Of a stretch of DNA of 33,118 nucleotides, positions 9,368-19,251 are shown one piece after another. Numbering within the stretch: the first letter of the stretch is position 1; each line of letters begins with the position of its first letter. The position numbers were made by a program, and so were the translations under genes. The notes beneath the pieces were generated by a model. That model did no database searches. It was not told the origin of the DNA and worked only from the letters and a program-made list of their open reading frames with translations. Origin of the DNA: Patescibacteria group bacterium (lineage in GTDB: Bacteria; Patescibacteriota; JACMRA01); assembly GCA_038256935.1 (NCBI GenBank), contig JBBSJV010000003.1:1-33118 (forward strand), in the 5' to 3' direction.

Positions 9368-9655
9368 ATGACCGTCGCTGTAAAAGTATCACCTCAATTA
9401 CAAATAAGTGTCCCCAGTGTAGTTGCAAAACAGTTAGGCTTAAAACCTGGTATGAGACTATCATTTTCCCCTGATCCAAACAACTCACAAGCCTTTATTG
9501 TGGAAAATTTGGATAGCCAAATAGATAACCTTGCTGGTATGGTAAATCTTGAGGTAACTAAAAAAGCTCCAGAAATGATCGGTATCTCAGATGAAAAATT
9601 AGAACAAGAAATCGAAAACTCCAAAGAAGATAGTTTTAAAAATAGTTCAAACTAG
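9368..9655 (+). CDS. AbrB/MazE/SpoVT-family antitoxin
   Basis: KVSPQLQISVPSVVAKQLGLKPG AbrB signature; lies upstream of a PIN gene. Confidence 0.85.
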   Translation: MTVAVKVSPQLQISVPSVVAKQLGLKPGMRLSFSPDPNNSQAFIVENLDSQIDNLAGMVNLEVTKKAPEMIGISDEKLEQEIENSKEDSFKNSSN

Positions 9656-9658
9656 GCT

Positions 9659-10084
9659 ATGGTAAACAAATTTATCGATACAAATATATTAGTTAGATTA
9701 GTAGTAGGAGATGTCGCAAAACAAGCTGAATTTGTAACAAATCTATTCAAAGCTGCAAGTACAAACAACCAAACTTTGTATATTTTACCTGAAGTATTAA
9801 CTGAGCTAAGATATGTTTTATCGAGTAGCTACAAACTACCAAAAGAAACAGTGGTCAATGTCTTAGAAAAAATAACAGCCTTGGATTTTATAAAATTAGC
9901 TGAGTCCAGAAACCTTTATATTAATAAGGTTATAAAGTATTTTAAAGAAGAAAATTTATCTTTTGAAGATTGTTTGTACTTACAAGTATGCCTACAAAAC
10001 AAACTAGAGCTGGTGACTTTTGATAAGAAGTTGGAGAAGTTTTTTGATAGGGAGAAGATCTTATATTATAGATTAGATAATTAA
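9659..10084 (+). CDS. PIN-domain (VapC-like) toxin
   Basis: IDTNILV, VLTEL, SFEDCL, LVTFDKKL acidic PIN motifs. Confidence 0.9.
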   Translation: MVNKFIDTNILVRLVVGDVAKQAEFVTNLFKAASTNNQTLYILPEVLTELRYVLSSSYKLPKETVVNVLEKITALDFIKLAESRNLYINKVIKYFKEENLSFEDCLYLQVCLQNKLELVTFDKKLEKFFDREKILYYRLDN

Positions 10085-10105
10085 TCGAGACTAGTTTTTT
10101 AATAC

Positions 10106-10195
10106 GACAGATTTGATGGCTTTAAAGTTTTGGATTTGGATCGACTGCAACATGATTTATACAAACAAGTATGATTTGTTACTGTCAAATCTGTC
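10106..10195 (+). other. Long-range inverted repeat/hairpin
   Basis: gacagatttgatgg pairs with ctgtcaaatctgtc (14 bp including 2 G-U) around a ~62-nt loop. Confidence 0.55.
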
Positions 10196-10267
10196 TTTGC
10201 TATAAGTCAACAAATTTGAGGATGAATATAGGAGACAAATATCTGCAAATATGCTATAAATTAAAAT

Positions 10268-10624
10268 ATGTTTGATGGAATTAAAAGAATTATCTCTGAA
10301 CGTAGGCAACGTGTACGTGATTTTGAGAGATTAAATTATGAGCCAGTGCCTAAAACTTATATACATAACCCTAATACAAGTTATGAAGACGAGATTACGT
10401 CTGTCTTTAATTTTCTAAAACGAGAGTTTGCCTACCTAAACTTAACTGACGAAGCTTTAAGAAATGAGGCTCAAACTGGATTATTACAAGCCCGATCTAA
10501 TCCTGATCTAGTTTGTCGTCAAATTATTTATACCCCCGAGGTGTTAGGGGATACAACTTCTAATAACCCGTTGCAACCAAGACAACAAATAAGAATACGT
10601 TTTAAGATGGAGTTTACTATCTAA
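10268..10624 (+). CDS. Hypothetical protein
   Basis: 118-aa ORF; TGnTATAAA extended -10-like element just upstream. Confidence 0.6.
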   Translation: MFDGIKRIISERRQRVRDFERLNYEPVPKTYIHNPNTSYEDEITSVFNFLKREFAYLNLTDEALRNEAQTGLLQARSNPDLVCRQIIYTPEVLGDTTSNNPLQPRQQIRIRFKMEFTI

Positions 10625-10677
10625 AAATTATCTATACAAAACAAATTAATTACTATCGACTTTTAAATTTTAAGTTG

Positions 10678-10702
10678 GATACTGAAACAAGTTCAGTATG
10701 AC
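10678..10702. repeat. REP-like palindrome (TGAC family)
   Basis: gatactgaaacaagttcagtatgac; 24/25 identical to 25405-25429. Confidence 0.8.
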
Positions 10703-10762
10703 GGAGCGTGATATGACTATTGTAATAATAATAATTTAAGTCATGACCCTCATTACCCCAAC

Positions 10763-10787
10763 AAAAACCCCCGCCTTTACAGCGGGG
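10763..10787 (-). terminator. Intrinsic terminator of tuf
   Basis: Minus strand ccccgct-gtaa-aggcgggg hairpin followed by a T-tract. Confidence 0.8.
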
Positions 10788-10818
10788 AATATTTTTAGGA
10801 TTAATTTTGTATTATCGA

Positions 10819-12006
10819 TTATTTAAGAATCTTAGATACTACACCAGCTCCGATGGTACGACCACCTTCACGGATAGCGAATCTCATTCCTTCTTCGATA
10901 GCTACAGCTTTTTCAAGCTCAACTTTGATAGATACTTCAGTGTCACCTGGAAGAGCCATTTGTTTGCTAGAATCAACAAAACTGATGGATCCAGTTACAT
11001 CTGTAGTTCTGATGTAAAATTGTGGTTTGTAACCTGGTAAAAATGGAGTGTGACGTCCACCTTCTTCCTTGGTTAGGATATATACTGAGGCTTCGTATTC
11101 TGTGTGAGGAGTGATACTTCCTGGTTTAGCAAGTACTTGTCCACGTTCAACATCATCTTTAGAGATACCGCGAAGTAGGATTCCAGCGTTGTCGCCAGCT
11201 TCTCCACGATCCAAAGATTTTTTGAACATTTCGATACCAGTTACGACAGTTTTCTTAGTTGGAGTAAGTCCTACTAATTCTACTTCATCGTTAAGGTTTA
11301 CAGTTCCTCTTTCGATACGACCTGTAGCTACTGTTCCACGACCGGTGATTGTGAATACATCCTCGATCGCCATAAGCATTGGTTTGTCGATTTCGCGAAC
11401 TGGATCTTCGATGTAAGTATCAAGAGTTGTTAGAAGTTCAGCGATCTTTTCTTCCCATTTAGCATCTCCTTCAAGAGCTTTAAGAGCAGAACCTTGTACG
11501 ATTGGAGTGTTTTCACCATCAAAACCGTATTTGGTTAGTAATTCTTTGATTTCTTCTTCAACAAGCATAATCATTTCTTCATCATCGACCATGTCACATT
11601 TGTTTAAGAAAACAACAATCTTAGGTACACCAACTTGGCGAGCTAAAAGGATGTGCTCTCTTGTTTGAGGCATTGGACCGTCTGTAGCTGCTACTACTAG
11701 AATAGCTGCATCCATTTGGGCTGCCCCTGTGATCATGTTCTTTACGTAATCAGCATGTCCTGGACAATCTACGTGAGCGTAGTGCCTGTCAGCTGTTTCG
11801 TATTCTACATGAGCTGTGTTGATTGTGATACCACGAGCTTTTTCCTCGGGAGCTGCATCAATATCAGCGTAGTTCCTTGCCTTTGCGTGACCGCTTTTTG
11901 CGGAGTAGGTAGTAATAGCAGCGGTTAAGGTTGTTTTACCATGGTCTACGTGACCGATAGTTCCAACGTTAACGTGTTTTTTACTTCTATCAAATTTATC
12001 TGCCAT
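10819..12006 (-). CDS. tuf: Elongation factor Tu
   Basis: [39 protein letters not shown]. Confidence 0.99.
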   Translation of the reverse strand: MADKFDRSKKHVNVGTIGHVDHGKTTLTAAITTYSAKSGHAKARNYADIDAAPEEKARGITINTAHVEYETADRHYAHVDCPGHADYVKNMITGAAQMDAAILVVAATDGPMPQTREHILLARQVGVPKIVVFLNKCDMVDDEEMIMLVEEEIKELLTKYGFDGENTPIVQGSALKALEGDAKWEEKIAELLTTLDTYIEDPVREIDKPMLMAIEDVFTITGRGTVATGRIERGTVNLNDEVELVGLTPTKKTVVTGIEMFKKSLDRGEAGDNAGILLRGISKDDVERGQVLAKPGSITPHTEYEASVYILTKEEGGRHTPFLPGYKPQFYIRTTDVTGSISFVDSSKQMALPGDTEVSIKVELEKAVAIEEGMRFAIREGGRTIGAGVVSKILK

Positions 12007-12048
12007 AATTATTATTTAGTATACTTTAATTTATAATACTTTATAGTA

Positions 12049-12077
12049 GTTTTACAAATTAACTCTTATATTGTCAA
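12049..12077 (-). promoter_or_regulatory. Probable tuf promoter
   Basis: TTGACA (12072-12077), 17 nt, TAAAAC; the -10 is imperfect. Confidence 0.5.
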
Positions 12078-12340
12078 GGCCATGCGGCGAGCTAGGGTGC
12101 CAGTTTCTGCAGGAAACGAAACGAAGTGGCCTGATTTATTCAGGACATTTTGATTCGTGTAATAATATTGTAAGGCCATGCGGCGAGCTAGGGTGCCAGT
12201 TTCTGCAGGAAACGAAACGAAGTGGCCTGATTTATTCAGGACATTTTGATTCGTGTAATAATATTGTAAGGCCATGCGGCGAGCTAGGGTGCTAGGTTTG
12301 GAACAAACCGACCGAATTGCGGCCCGACTTTGTTGGGTCA
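12068..12340. repeat. 96-bp tandem repeat: two identical units plus a third diverged unit
   Basis: aaggccatgcggcgagctagggtgc at 12076, 12172 and 12268; the sequence between is identical for units 1 and 2. Confidence 0.95.
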
Positions 12341-12399
12341 GAATTCGGATTTGCCCAGTAGTCAGCAAAGGCGCCATGTTTTAAAGAAATAAGGTAAAG

Positions 12400-12520
12400 C
12401 TAAGCAATACACAACCTATACACTTGTCCACAAAACTCGCTAGACAATTAACACTTAATTTTTTCTTTAATGTTGCTCAAACAGTTGTGGCCTACGTTGT
12501 CTAAGTCATATATTGCTTAG
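12400..12520 (-). repeat. ~120-nt structured dispersed element, copy A
   Basis: Perfect 10-bp terminal IR ctaagcaata/tattgcttag extending to ~23 bp with G-U pairs on the minus strand; 34/35 core identity to 31912-31946. Confidence 0.85.
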
Positions 12521-12530
12521 GCACGATTGG

Positions 12531-14012
12531 CTATTCACTCCTTAATACATCTACTGGATTTTGCTTACCTGCTCTATAGGAAGGTATTACACCTGCAATA
12601 ATTGTAAAGAATAGGGCTATTGCAAAGGTAATTAGTAGTAGCCACCAAGGGAAGCTTGGACTAAAGTCTGTGATATTGAGAGCTTCAAGGTTTTCTCTCC
12701 ATTCTTGATTGCTATTTACTACAGCTGTGAAGATTAGATTTATGACTAACCCTGAAAGTAGTGCTAAAGCTGTACCTATAAGCCAGCCTAAAACCCCTAT
12801 CCAAGTAGATTCTAAAACAAATAATTTGAATATATCACCGTCTCTAGCACCAAGAGATTTAAGGATACCGATTTCTTTTTTCCTTTCCAGTACTGAGATC
12901 GTCATTACAGCAACTATTCCAAAGACTGAAGCGATCAAGGCAATCAGACCAAAACCGGCTAGAAATACTTGAAGCACTGAAAAGGCTACATTTACGGATT
13001 GGATTAATAACTGTCCTGCAGAAAAAACTATAAATCCCTCATTTTGCAAGTCTGTGATAACTTGATCCAGATCTTCGAAATTGTTAATACTGATATTGTA
13101 TTCTGCTACTCCGAAAGTGCTTGGATTGTACTCAGGTTCTATAGCTTTAAAAGCATCTGTATAATCAGTAAAGGGTAAGTATAGATTAGATATTCCGAAG
13201 CTATTACTACCTCGATCATCAACAACTGCAGTAATTGTAACTGTTTTTTTAATTGATTCACTAAGTGAAAGGACCGGACCAGATTGTTCGATCACACTAA
13301 ACTCACTGCCTTCGCGTTCTATCCTTGGAGCTATAAAGTATTCATAAGTTATAGTTTTGCCAATCATTTCTTCGGGTTTTTCTACACCTAGTTTTCCATT
13401 TAGATTCAGCTGTCCACATGTAAAACATGAGACTACCTCCCCTGCTTTTGGTGCATCAGTTGAGCCTACCCAGTTGGCTCTATTTGTGTCATAAAAACTA
13501 TTAAATCCTGAGTAGGTAATTCCTGTTCCACTACAATTTGCAGCTAGATTTGTAATCAGTCTATTTTCCTCTGCAACTAAGCTCTGATCCTCTGGATCCA
13601 GTCTTTGGGCTGCCAAGTTTTGATCTAGGCTTTGCTCAATGTCAAAACATGATACATTACTATCTCCCAAAATACGAATATCCATGAGCATGGTTGGCCA
13701 AATTTCATCGATTCTTGAGTCATTTTCAGCAATTTCTTGGGCATCTTCAAAGGATATCGTTTGAAAAACAGGAGGACCTTGAAAATCAAAAAATGATCTC
13801 TCACTTCCTTCAGATTGGTAGACTTGCATTTGCCTAGCAAAAGGTTGGCTGTTTATAGCCTGAACAATGGTTTCAGAAAGCCCTAGTGAGATCGAAGTTG
13901 TCAGAGTCAGTGCCCACACACCAACGACTATACCTCCTGAAGCTAGTAAAAATCTGCCCCATTTGGATCTTATTTGTTTGGTAAGGAGTAACCAGATTGA
14001 ATAGGTAGTCAT
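12531..14012 (-). CDS. MacB/FtsX-like ABC transporter permease
   Basis: N-terminal TM, large extracytoplasmic domain, SVLERKKEIGILKSLGA, three C-terminal TM, NPVDVLRSE. Confidence 0.92.
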   Translation of the reverse strand: MTTYSIWLLLTKQIRSKWGRFLLASGGIVVGVWALTLTTSISLGLSETIVQAINSQPFARQMQVYQSEGSERSFFDFQGPPVFQTISFEDAQEIAENDSRIDEIWPTMLMDIRILGDSNVSCFDIEQSLDQNLAAQRLDPEDQSLVAEENRLITNLAANCSGTGITYSGFNSFYDTNRANWVGSTDAPKAGEVVSCFTCGQLNLNGKLGVEKPEEMIGKTITYEYFIAPRIEREGSEFSVIEQSGPVLSLSESIKKTVTITAVVDDRGSNSFGISNLYLPFTDYTDAFKAIEPEYNPSTFGVAEYNISINNFEDLDQVITDLQNEGFIVFSAGQLLIQSVNVAFSVLQVFLAGFGLIALIASVFGIVAVMTISVLERKKEIGILKSLGARDGDIFKLFVLESTWIGVLGWLIGTALALLSGLVINLIFTAVVNSNQEWRENLEALNITDFSPSFPWWLLLITFAIALFFTIIAGVIPSYRAGKQNPVDVLRSE

Positions 14013-14020
14013 ATTATTAT

Positions 14021-14698
14021 TTATTTGGTTTTGATATTTACAATTTTCCCATCAGACATTGTGATCACAGTATCTGCTAGATTTTCAAACTCAGGGTTAT
14101 GAGTTACTAAAACAATGGTTTTACCTTGTTTTTGGTGAAGGTCTATCAAAATCTGCTGAACCTGGTCTTCACTTTTACTATCGAGCGCTCCTGTTGGCTC
14201 ATCACAAAAAATTAGATTTGGATCTGAAACCAAACTTCGCGCAATAGCCACGCGTTGTTTTTCACCACCTGAAAGTGTCTTTACATTGGCTTTGATACGG
14301 TGCTCTAGACCTAGAGTAGTTAGTAATTCCACAGCTTTAGATTCATCAATTTTTTTACCCCCTGCCCAAGCTCCCATTCTTACATTATCGAGAGTATTGA
14401 GACTTGGAAGAAGATTGTAAAACTGAAAAATAATACCAATTTGAGAACGATATTTAGCCAAATTTTTAGCATTGGCTTTACTAAGATCTACTCCATCAAT
14501 TACTATTTCACCAGTTGTAATTTTATCAAGTCCTGCCATAAGATTAAGCAAGGTAGACTTTCCTGAACCAGAGCGGCCTAAAATAACTGTAAAACTGCCT
14601 TTTGGGATACTAAGATCTATATTATCTACCGCGAGCACAGGATTTTTACTGCTTCCATAACGTTTAGTAACGCCTTGCAAGTTTATCAGATTAGACAT
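14021..14698 (-). CDS. ABC transporter ATP-binding protein (MacB/LolD-like)
   Basis: GRSGSGKST, LSGGEKQRVAIAR, CDEPTGALD, VTHN; start at 14698 or 14713. Confidence 0.95.
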   Translation of the reverse strand: MSNLINLQGVTKRYGSSKNPVLAVDNIDLSIPKGSFTVILGRSGSGKSTLLNLMAGLDKITTGEIVIDGVDLSKANAKNLAKYRSQIGIIFQFYNLLPSLNTLDNVRMGAWAGGKKIDESKAVELLTTLGLEHRIKANVKTLSGGEKQRVAIARSLVSDPNLIFCDEPTGALDSKSEDQVQQILIDLHQKQGKTIVLVTHNPEFENLADTVITMSDGKIVNIKTK

Positions 14699-14761
14699 AC
14701 TTGGTTTAAACATTTACTAGACGCTCTTGTCAATTCTGATTTGCTTGATTTTACTAATGAT

Positions 14762-15343
14762 ATGCTCATCATTTACGGTCTTGGAAACCCGGATTTCAAA
14801 TACGCAAAAACCAAACACAATATTGGCCAATTAATTGTAGAAAAATTATCTGCTGGCGGGGATGAAGTTTGGAAAAAACAGACTAAATTCAAATCCTTCA
14901 AGCTGCACTCTGAAAGAAACCAAGTCAACCTAATACTAACTAGTGATTACATGAACACCAGTGGCAATGGACTGCAGGCTTACTGGCAGTATTTCAAACA
15001 TAGCGGGGAAGACATGTTATTGATCTTACAAGATGATAGCGACCAGATCGAAGGTACTTGGAAATTAGTCAAAGGAGGTGGTAGTGGCGGCCATAAAGGG
15101 ATCGGGGATGTTTATAAAGTAGCTCCTGGAATTGATCTAAAATCAGAAAATATCATGAGGCTCAAAATCGGCATCAGACCCGTTATGAATAAGCAAAAGA
15201 GCCAAACTTTTGTATTATCCCCAACGTCTCAAGTGGATGATGAAACAATAAACACTTTGACTGAAAGATTAAAAGAGGGGCTACATGATTTTGAATTACC
15301 AGAAAGATTTGATAAACTTCAGACTTTGATTAATAGTAAATAA
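14762..15343 (+). CDS. pth: Peptidyl-tRNA hydrolase
   Basis: IYGLGNP, TKHNIG, YMNTSG, GGSGGHKG, RLKIGI; start set at ATG 14762. Confidence 0.9.
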   Translation: MLIIYGLGNPDFKYAKTKHNIGQLIVEKLSAGGDEVWKKQTKFKSFKLHSERNQVNLILTSDYMNTSGNGLQAYWQYFKHSGEDMLLILQDDSDQIEGTWKLVKGGGSGGHKGIGDVYKVAPGIDLKSENIMRLKIGIRPVMNKQKSQTFVLSPTSQVDDETINTLTERLKEGLHDFELPERFDKLQTLINSK

Positions 15344-15344
15344 A

Positions 15345-15908
15345 ATGATTTATAAAGTCCTTTTAATCCACGGCTCTTTTGGAAACCCATACATCAATTG
15401 GTTTCCTTGGCTTCATGAAAAACTAAACTCTAAAGGTATAAATTGCTTAATCCCTACAATGCCAATTGGACAAGGACAGAACTATACTAATTGGAAATCA
15501 GTTTTAGATGTTTACAGACGATTTCTGAGCGATGAATTAATCGTAATTGGACATAGTATCGGACCAGCATTTTTACTAAATTACTTATATGATAATCCTG
15601 ATTTTAAAGTCGCAAAGTTTATCTCAGTTTCAGGATTTTACAATGTATTGACGCCGTCTGAAGAATACAACCAAGTAAATAGTGGTTTTTTCCTAAAGCC
15701 ACTACAAGATTTAATCAACTCTCAGGGATTTAAAAATATCAAAGAAAAAGTTGCTTTTTATTCTACCAATGATCCATATTTGGACGCTAAAGATTTATCT
15801 GAATTTGCAAACATTCTAAATGGAAAAACAATTGTTTCAGATACCGCAGGTCATTTTAATGGGGAGGGCGGGTATGACAAATTTGAGGAGATTTTAAAAT
15901 ATTTATAA
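15345..15908 (+). CDS. RBBP9/YdeN-family alpha/beta hydrolase
   Basis: IHG..NWFPWL, GHSIG nucleophile, STNDPY, AGHFN. Confidence 0.9.
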   Translation: MIYKVLLIHGSFGNPYINWFPWLHEKLNSKGINCLIPTMPIGQGQNYTNWKSVLDVYRRFLSDELIVIGHSIGPAFLLNYLYDNPDFKVAKFISVSGFYNVLTPSEEYNQVNSGFFLKPLQDLINSQGFKNIKEKVAFYSTNDPYLDAKDLSEFANILNGKTIVSDTAGHFNGEGGYDKFEEILKYL

Positions 15909-15913
15909 ATAAG

Positions 15914-16378
15914 TTATTTAGAGTGTTTTAAGACCTCTACTGCATAAAACTTGATATTCTCATTCAAATCCTTTAGTTCTTGAAGTTCATCAAAACTGAG
16001 CCATCTGCATTCATCGCTGATATCACCTTCATATTGTGGATCTATAATGTCAGAACTGCTCTTTGCAAAGAAAATATAAGCTACATGGTCATGCTGATCG
16101 TTGATACTATGGCGATTTGTAAAACAGGGTGATACTTGAGAAGTGTACAATTCTGATGACTCTGGTAAAGGACAATATGGGTTAAAAAGTTCGATTTCAA
16201 GACCCACTTCTTCCATGACTTCTCTATGACAAGCAGTTATCAAATCCTCCCCTGGATCGACATGCCCGCCAACAGCTAACCATTTGTTGTATTTATCATG
16301 TTTTCGAAGTAAGACTTTACCGCTATGGATAATATATACTTCGACGCAAAGATCAAGATAATAGTTTAGATGTGGCAT
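15914..16378 (-). CDS. NUDIX hydrolase
   Basis: Nudix box GGHVDPGEDLITACHREVMEEVGL. Confidence 0.92.
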   Translation of the reverse strand: MPHLNYYLDLCVEVYIIHSGKVLLRKHDKYNKWLAVGGHVDPGEDLITACHREVMEEVGLEIELFNPYCPLPESSELYTSQVSPCFTNRHSINDQHDHVAYIFFAKSSSDIIDPQYEGDISDECRWLSFDELQELKDLNENIKFYAVEVLKHSK

Positions 16379-16500
16379 AATGGTTTAATTTTGCATCTTA
16401 GGTTTTAAGTGTCAAGAATTTTACATCTCCTCAAAATAATCAGAGTATTATATTTTAAAATCTGACTTACTTAAATAAAGTAATTTCAATCTGTTACAAT

Positions 16501-16757
16501 ATGAGTATCGAAAATATAAAATATATTAAAGGTAGGTTCCAAGTGGAAAATGCGAGGCTATGCGTGGCAACTTAAGAGAAATACTGATGGAGTTAGGATG
16601 TGAAGGTTTTAACCCTGAAGGGGGAGCATCTAGTGTAACCATAAACAAAGCTTCTACTTATGATACTATAAAAATCGTTGTGCACCTTGAAATGCTAACT
16701 GTGATACAAGCTATAGTTGCAAAATATGAGTATTTATATCTAGACGATAAAATGTAA
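16501..16757 (+). pseudogene. Small hypothetical protein, probably frameshifted
   Basis: ATG 16501 MSIENIKYIKGRFQVENA joins ORF 16560-16757 if 1 nt is added within 16536-16572. Confidence 0.4.
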
Positions 16758-16957
16758 ATTGTATTTGCCACTATGGCTACCACATGTATTTATTCGTACT
16801 GTGAATTCCGATTCTTTCAATTTATAAAACCCTGCTAATTATTGCTCTCTACTCAACTTTGATTCTTCCTAACGTATTCTAGATCTTATTAAATTAAACT
16901 TAATCTGTTAAGCCATAAAGTCGTATACGTCAAAATATTTAATCACATAATTCACGC

Positions 16958-17073
16958 ATCACCCTGAATTTACCGGGTTTCCCCTAAAATTTACAATTTT
17001 GAGTATGGTTTTATTTTAGGGTTTATTAAGCTTGTAATAAAGGTAAGATTCTGAAGCGAATTCAGCAATGCCA
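16958..17073. repeat. Inverted pair of degenerate GTCA/TGAC REP-like units
   Basis: atcaccctgaatttaccgggttt (16958-16980) and agattctgaagcgaattcagcaatgcca (17046-17073) resemble the units at 25248-25430. Confidence 0.6.
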
Positions 17074-17140
17074 AAGAACAAATTCGCCGGCGAATAATTG
17101 GATATGTACAAATATGTCTCTCTAAATTATTTTCCCCCAG

Positions 17141-17992
17141 TTATTTTTCATTTTCTGGCAGGTCTTTATGACCCTTATTTGTAATATAGTTTTGCTTGCT
17201 GATCACACTTTTACCTATCTCTTTTTCTGTCTCTTTTCTAGCATTTCCAGCTACATTTCCACCTCTTTTTGCTACCTTTTTATTGGCGGGCATATCTTTT
17301 GGTTTTTCATTTTTAGAAATTTCTGTGGTCACTCTTTCTTCTAGCATTGTAAAAATCAGCTCTAGATCAGTCATATTATCTCTCAGATTGGCTTTAGATT
17401 TATCTGGAATATTTTTGAGTTTTTTGTACTCACTTGGAGTCATGCCAAAAGTTGCTTTACTAATTTCTGCAGTCAAGATGGCAAAGTCTTTTTGCTTAGT
17501 AACTCTTATTTCCCTCCATTCATCAGTGAGGCTCTGGCGGATTGCTATTCCTCTAAGTCTCTTATCTATCCAATCTTGGGGGTAGCCTTTTGCTTCATAG
17601 AGTTTTTTCATCCTTTTTTGGGCTAGTTCTGGATTTTCGATTTCTTCTATTCTTTCATATCCTACCTTTGCCAGCCATCTTTTAAATGGTTCAGCTTTTG
17701 GTGATGGAATAGACTGGATTATTCTTAGCACCCCTTCAGTGTTGGCACAATCGGTTAAATAATATTTCCCATCATTAGCAACAAATTTTAGTCGTCGACA
17801 AAGTGTCGATAACTCAATCTCTTCTTGTTCGATTGCTCTTTTTTTTATCCTATACCACTAATCTTTTGGATCAATAGAATCAGTTAAATCCCCTATTATA
17901 TCAACTACAGAAAAATACCATTCGTTATTATGCCAAATTTTACGAATCTGTTTTTTTTCAAATAATGCTATTTTGTGGTGAGTATTTGTCAT
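17141..17992 (-). pseudogene. BRO-N domain (antirepressor-like) protein with in-frame TAG
   Basis: MTNTHHKIALFEKKQIRKIWHNNEWYFSVVDII...PKD*WYRIK...LRIIQSIPSPKAEPFKRWLA...NLRDNMTDLEL; TAG at 17858-17860 (codon 45). Confidence 0.88.
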
Positions 17993-18282
17993 AAAAATTA
18001 ATGGGTTAAAGTTTATTGTTTAAAAAGTGGTGCAAAGTTAGATATTAGATTATTTATTTAGATCTTTAAACTTGCCAAATTTATTACTCCTTTTTTGAGT
18101 CTAATAAGACAGAGACTTATAATCAGAAGTGGTATTTAATATATACTTTGCATTAATTTTACTATTATATTACTACATTTTTAAATAATATTTTTGTCAA
18201 TTCCTACCCTTCTTTGCATTGTAAAATGACAGCATACGCACTCTCTCTTACTAGGATGAAAATAAACTAATCCACTTTATTT

Positions 18283-19251
18283 CTAAAAAACCAACATAGC
18301 CACACAAAAATAAATTACCACACTAAGTGTGTCTTGGATTACTGTGGCAATTGGACCTGTGGCATCGGCTGGATCTAACTTGCTTGAGTGAAGTACAAAT
18401 GGTGTAATGATAGAGATAAAGATTGAAGACAGAACCGAGACAAAGATGGCTGAAGCAATAGCTAAATTGACACTCGTTTCAAGTCCTAGTGCGGTGTTAG
18501 CTACAAATACTGTAAAGCTAAGGATGCTTGCAAGACATAGGACGGTAAGAAAATGATGGGAAAAATAGTGCTTGATCTTTAACTCGTGGTGAAAAGACAG
18601 ATCTCTAATAGCTGTGGCTTGGTTTTGAGCGCCTACTGCGTCGCTCAGATAGATTACAAGGGGCAAATAACCGGCAAGAACTACATTACTTTCAATCACA
18701 TGTTCAAAGTTGGAAACAATTACTGAAATTAGTAGCCCTCTAACAAGCCCAATAAACAACCAAGGCAGTCTTTGCCTCAAGGATTTAAATAGCCCTTTAT
18801 TATACACATTGTCATTATCACCAGATGATATACCACCCATTTTTAATATATTTTCCACAGCTTCTTTATCGATGATTTCAAGGATCCTGCGAGAAGTTAC
18901 AATACCAACAAACTCACCGTTGCCACCCACAATCGGGACTGATTTGAGATTATTTTTGAGAGCAAACAGAGAGACTTGTTCTGGGTCTCTATCCTGCGGG
19001 CAAGCAAGTAAAGGTGTTAGTTGAACCTTGCTCCAAATCTGTTTTGGATCTAGTTTTAGAGCTTCTTTTAGTGAAATCACCCCTTTCAAAGTTTTATCCA
19101 GGTTTAGAATATACAGATAATTAAGACTTTCAAATTGAGCCGGATGGCTTAGCATGATCTATATAATGAATCCTACTTTTTCTGTTTCCTTTGGTGCTGG
19201 CAAATCAGTATAAATATATTGACTAAGATCTGGATGAATATTTGCAGTCAT
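18283..19251 (-). pseudogene. mgtE: MgtE-family Mg2+ transporter (CBS pair plus TM domain) with in-frame TAG near the N-terminus
   Basis: NYLYIL..LKGVISLKE, RLPWL, DAVGAQ, DPADATGPIATVIQD; the frame extends to ATG 19251 across TAG 19159-19161. ATG 19155 could still give a near-complete protein. Confidence 0.7.

Noticed and set aside
12087-12112. SAM-I riboswitch (ggtgccagtttctgcag resembles its 3' part), hammerhead or HDV ribozyme
   Set aside because: No AUC..GAG 5' half or GCAAC, the element is antisense to tuf, and there is no CUGANGA core or clear nested double pseudoknot
12068-12340. CRISPR array
   Set aside because: The 71-bp 'spacers' are identical, there are only three repeats, and no cas genes are present
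12066-12377. ORFs 12066-12377(-) and 12071-12295(+)
   Set aside because: By-products of a repeat whose length is a multiple of 3; atypical composition
16770-16920. Decayed minus-strand ORF (SKLSREQ*LAG, faintly HTH-like)
   Set aside because: Three stops in a short stretch; cannot be told from chance
17141-17992. Prophage implied by BRO-N and the kinase gene
   Set aside because: No integrase, structural or replication genes; such BRO-N genes commonly stand alone
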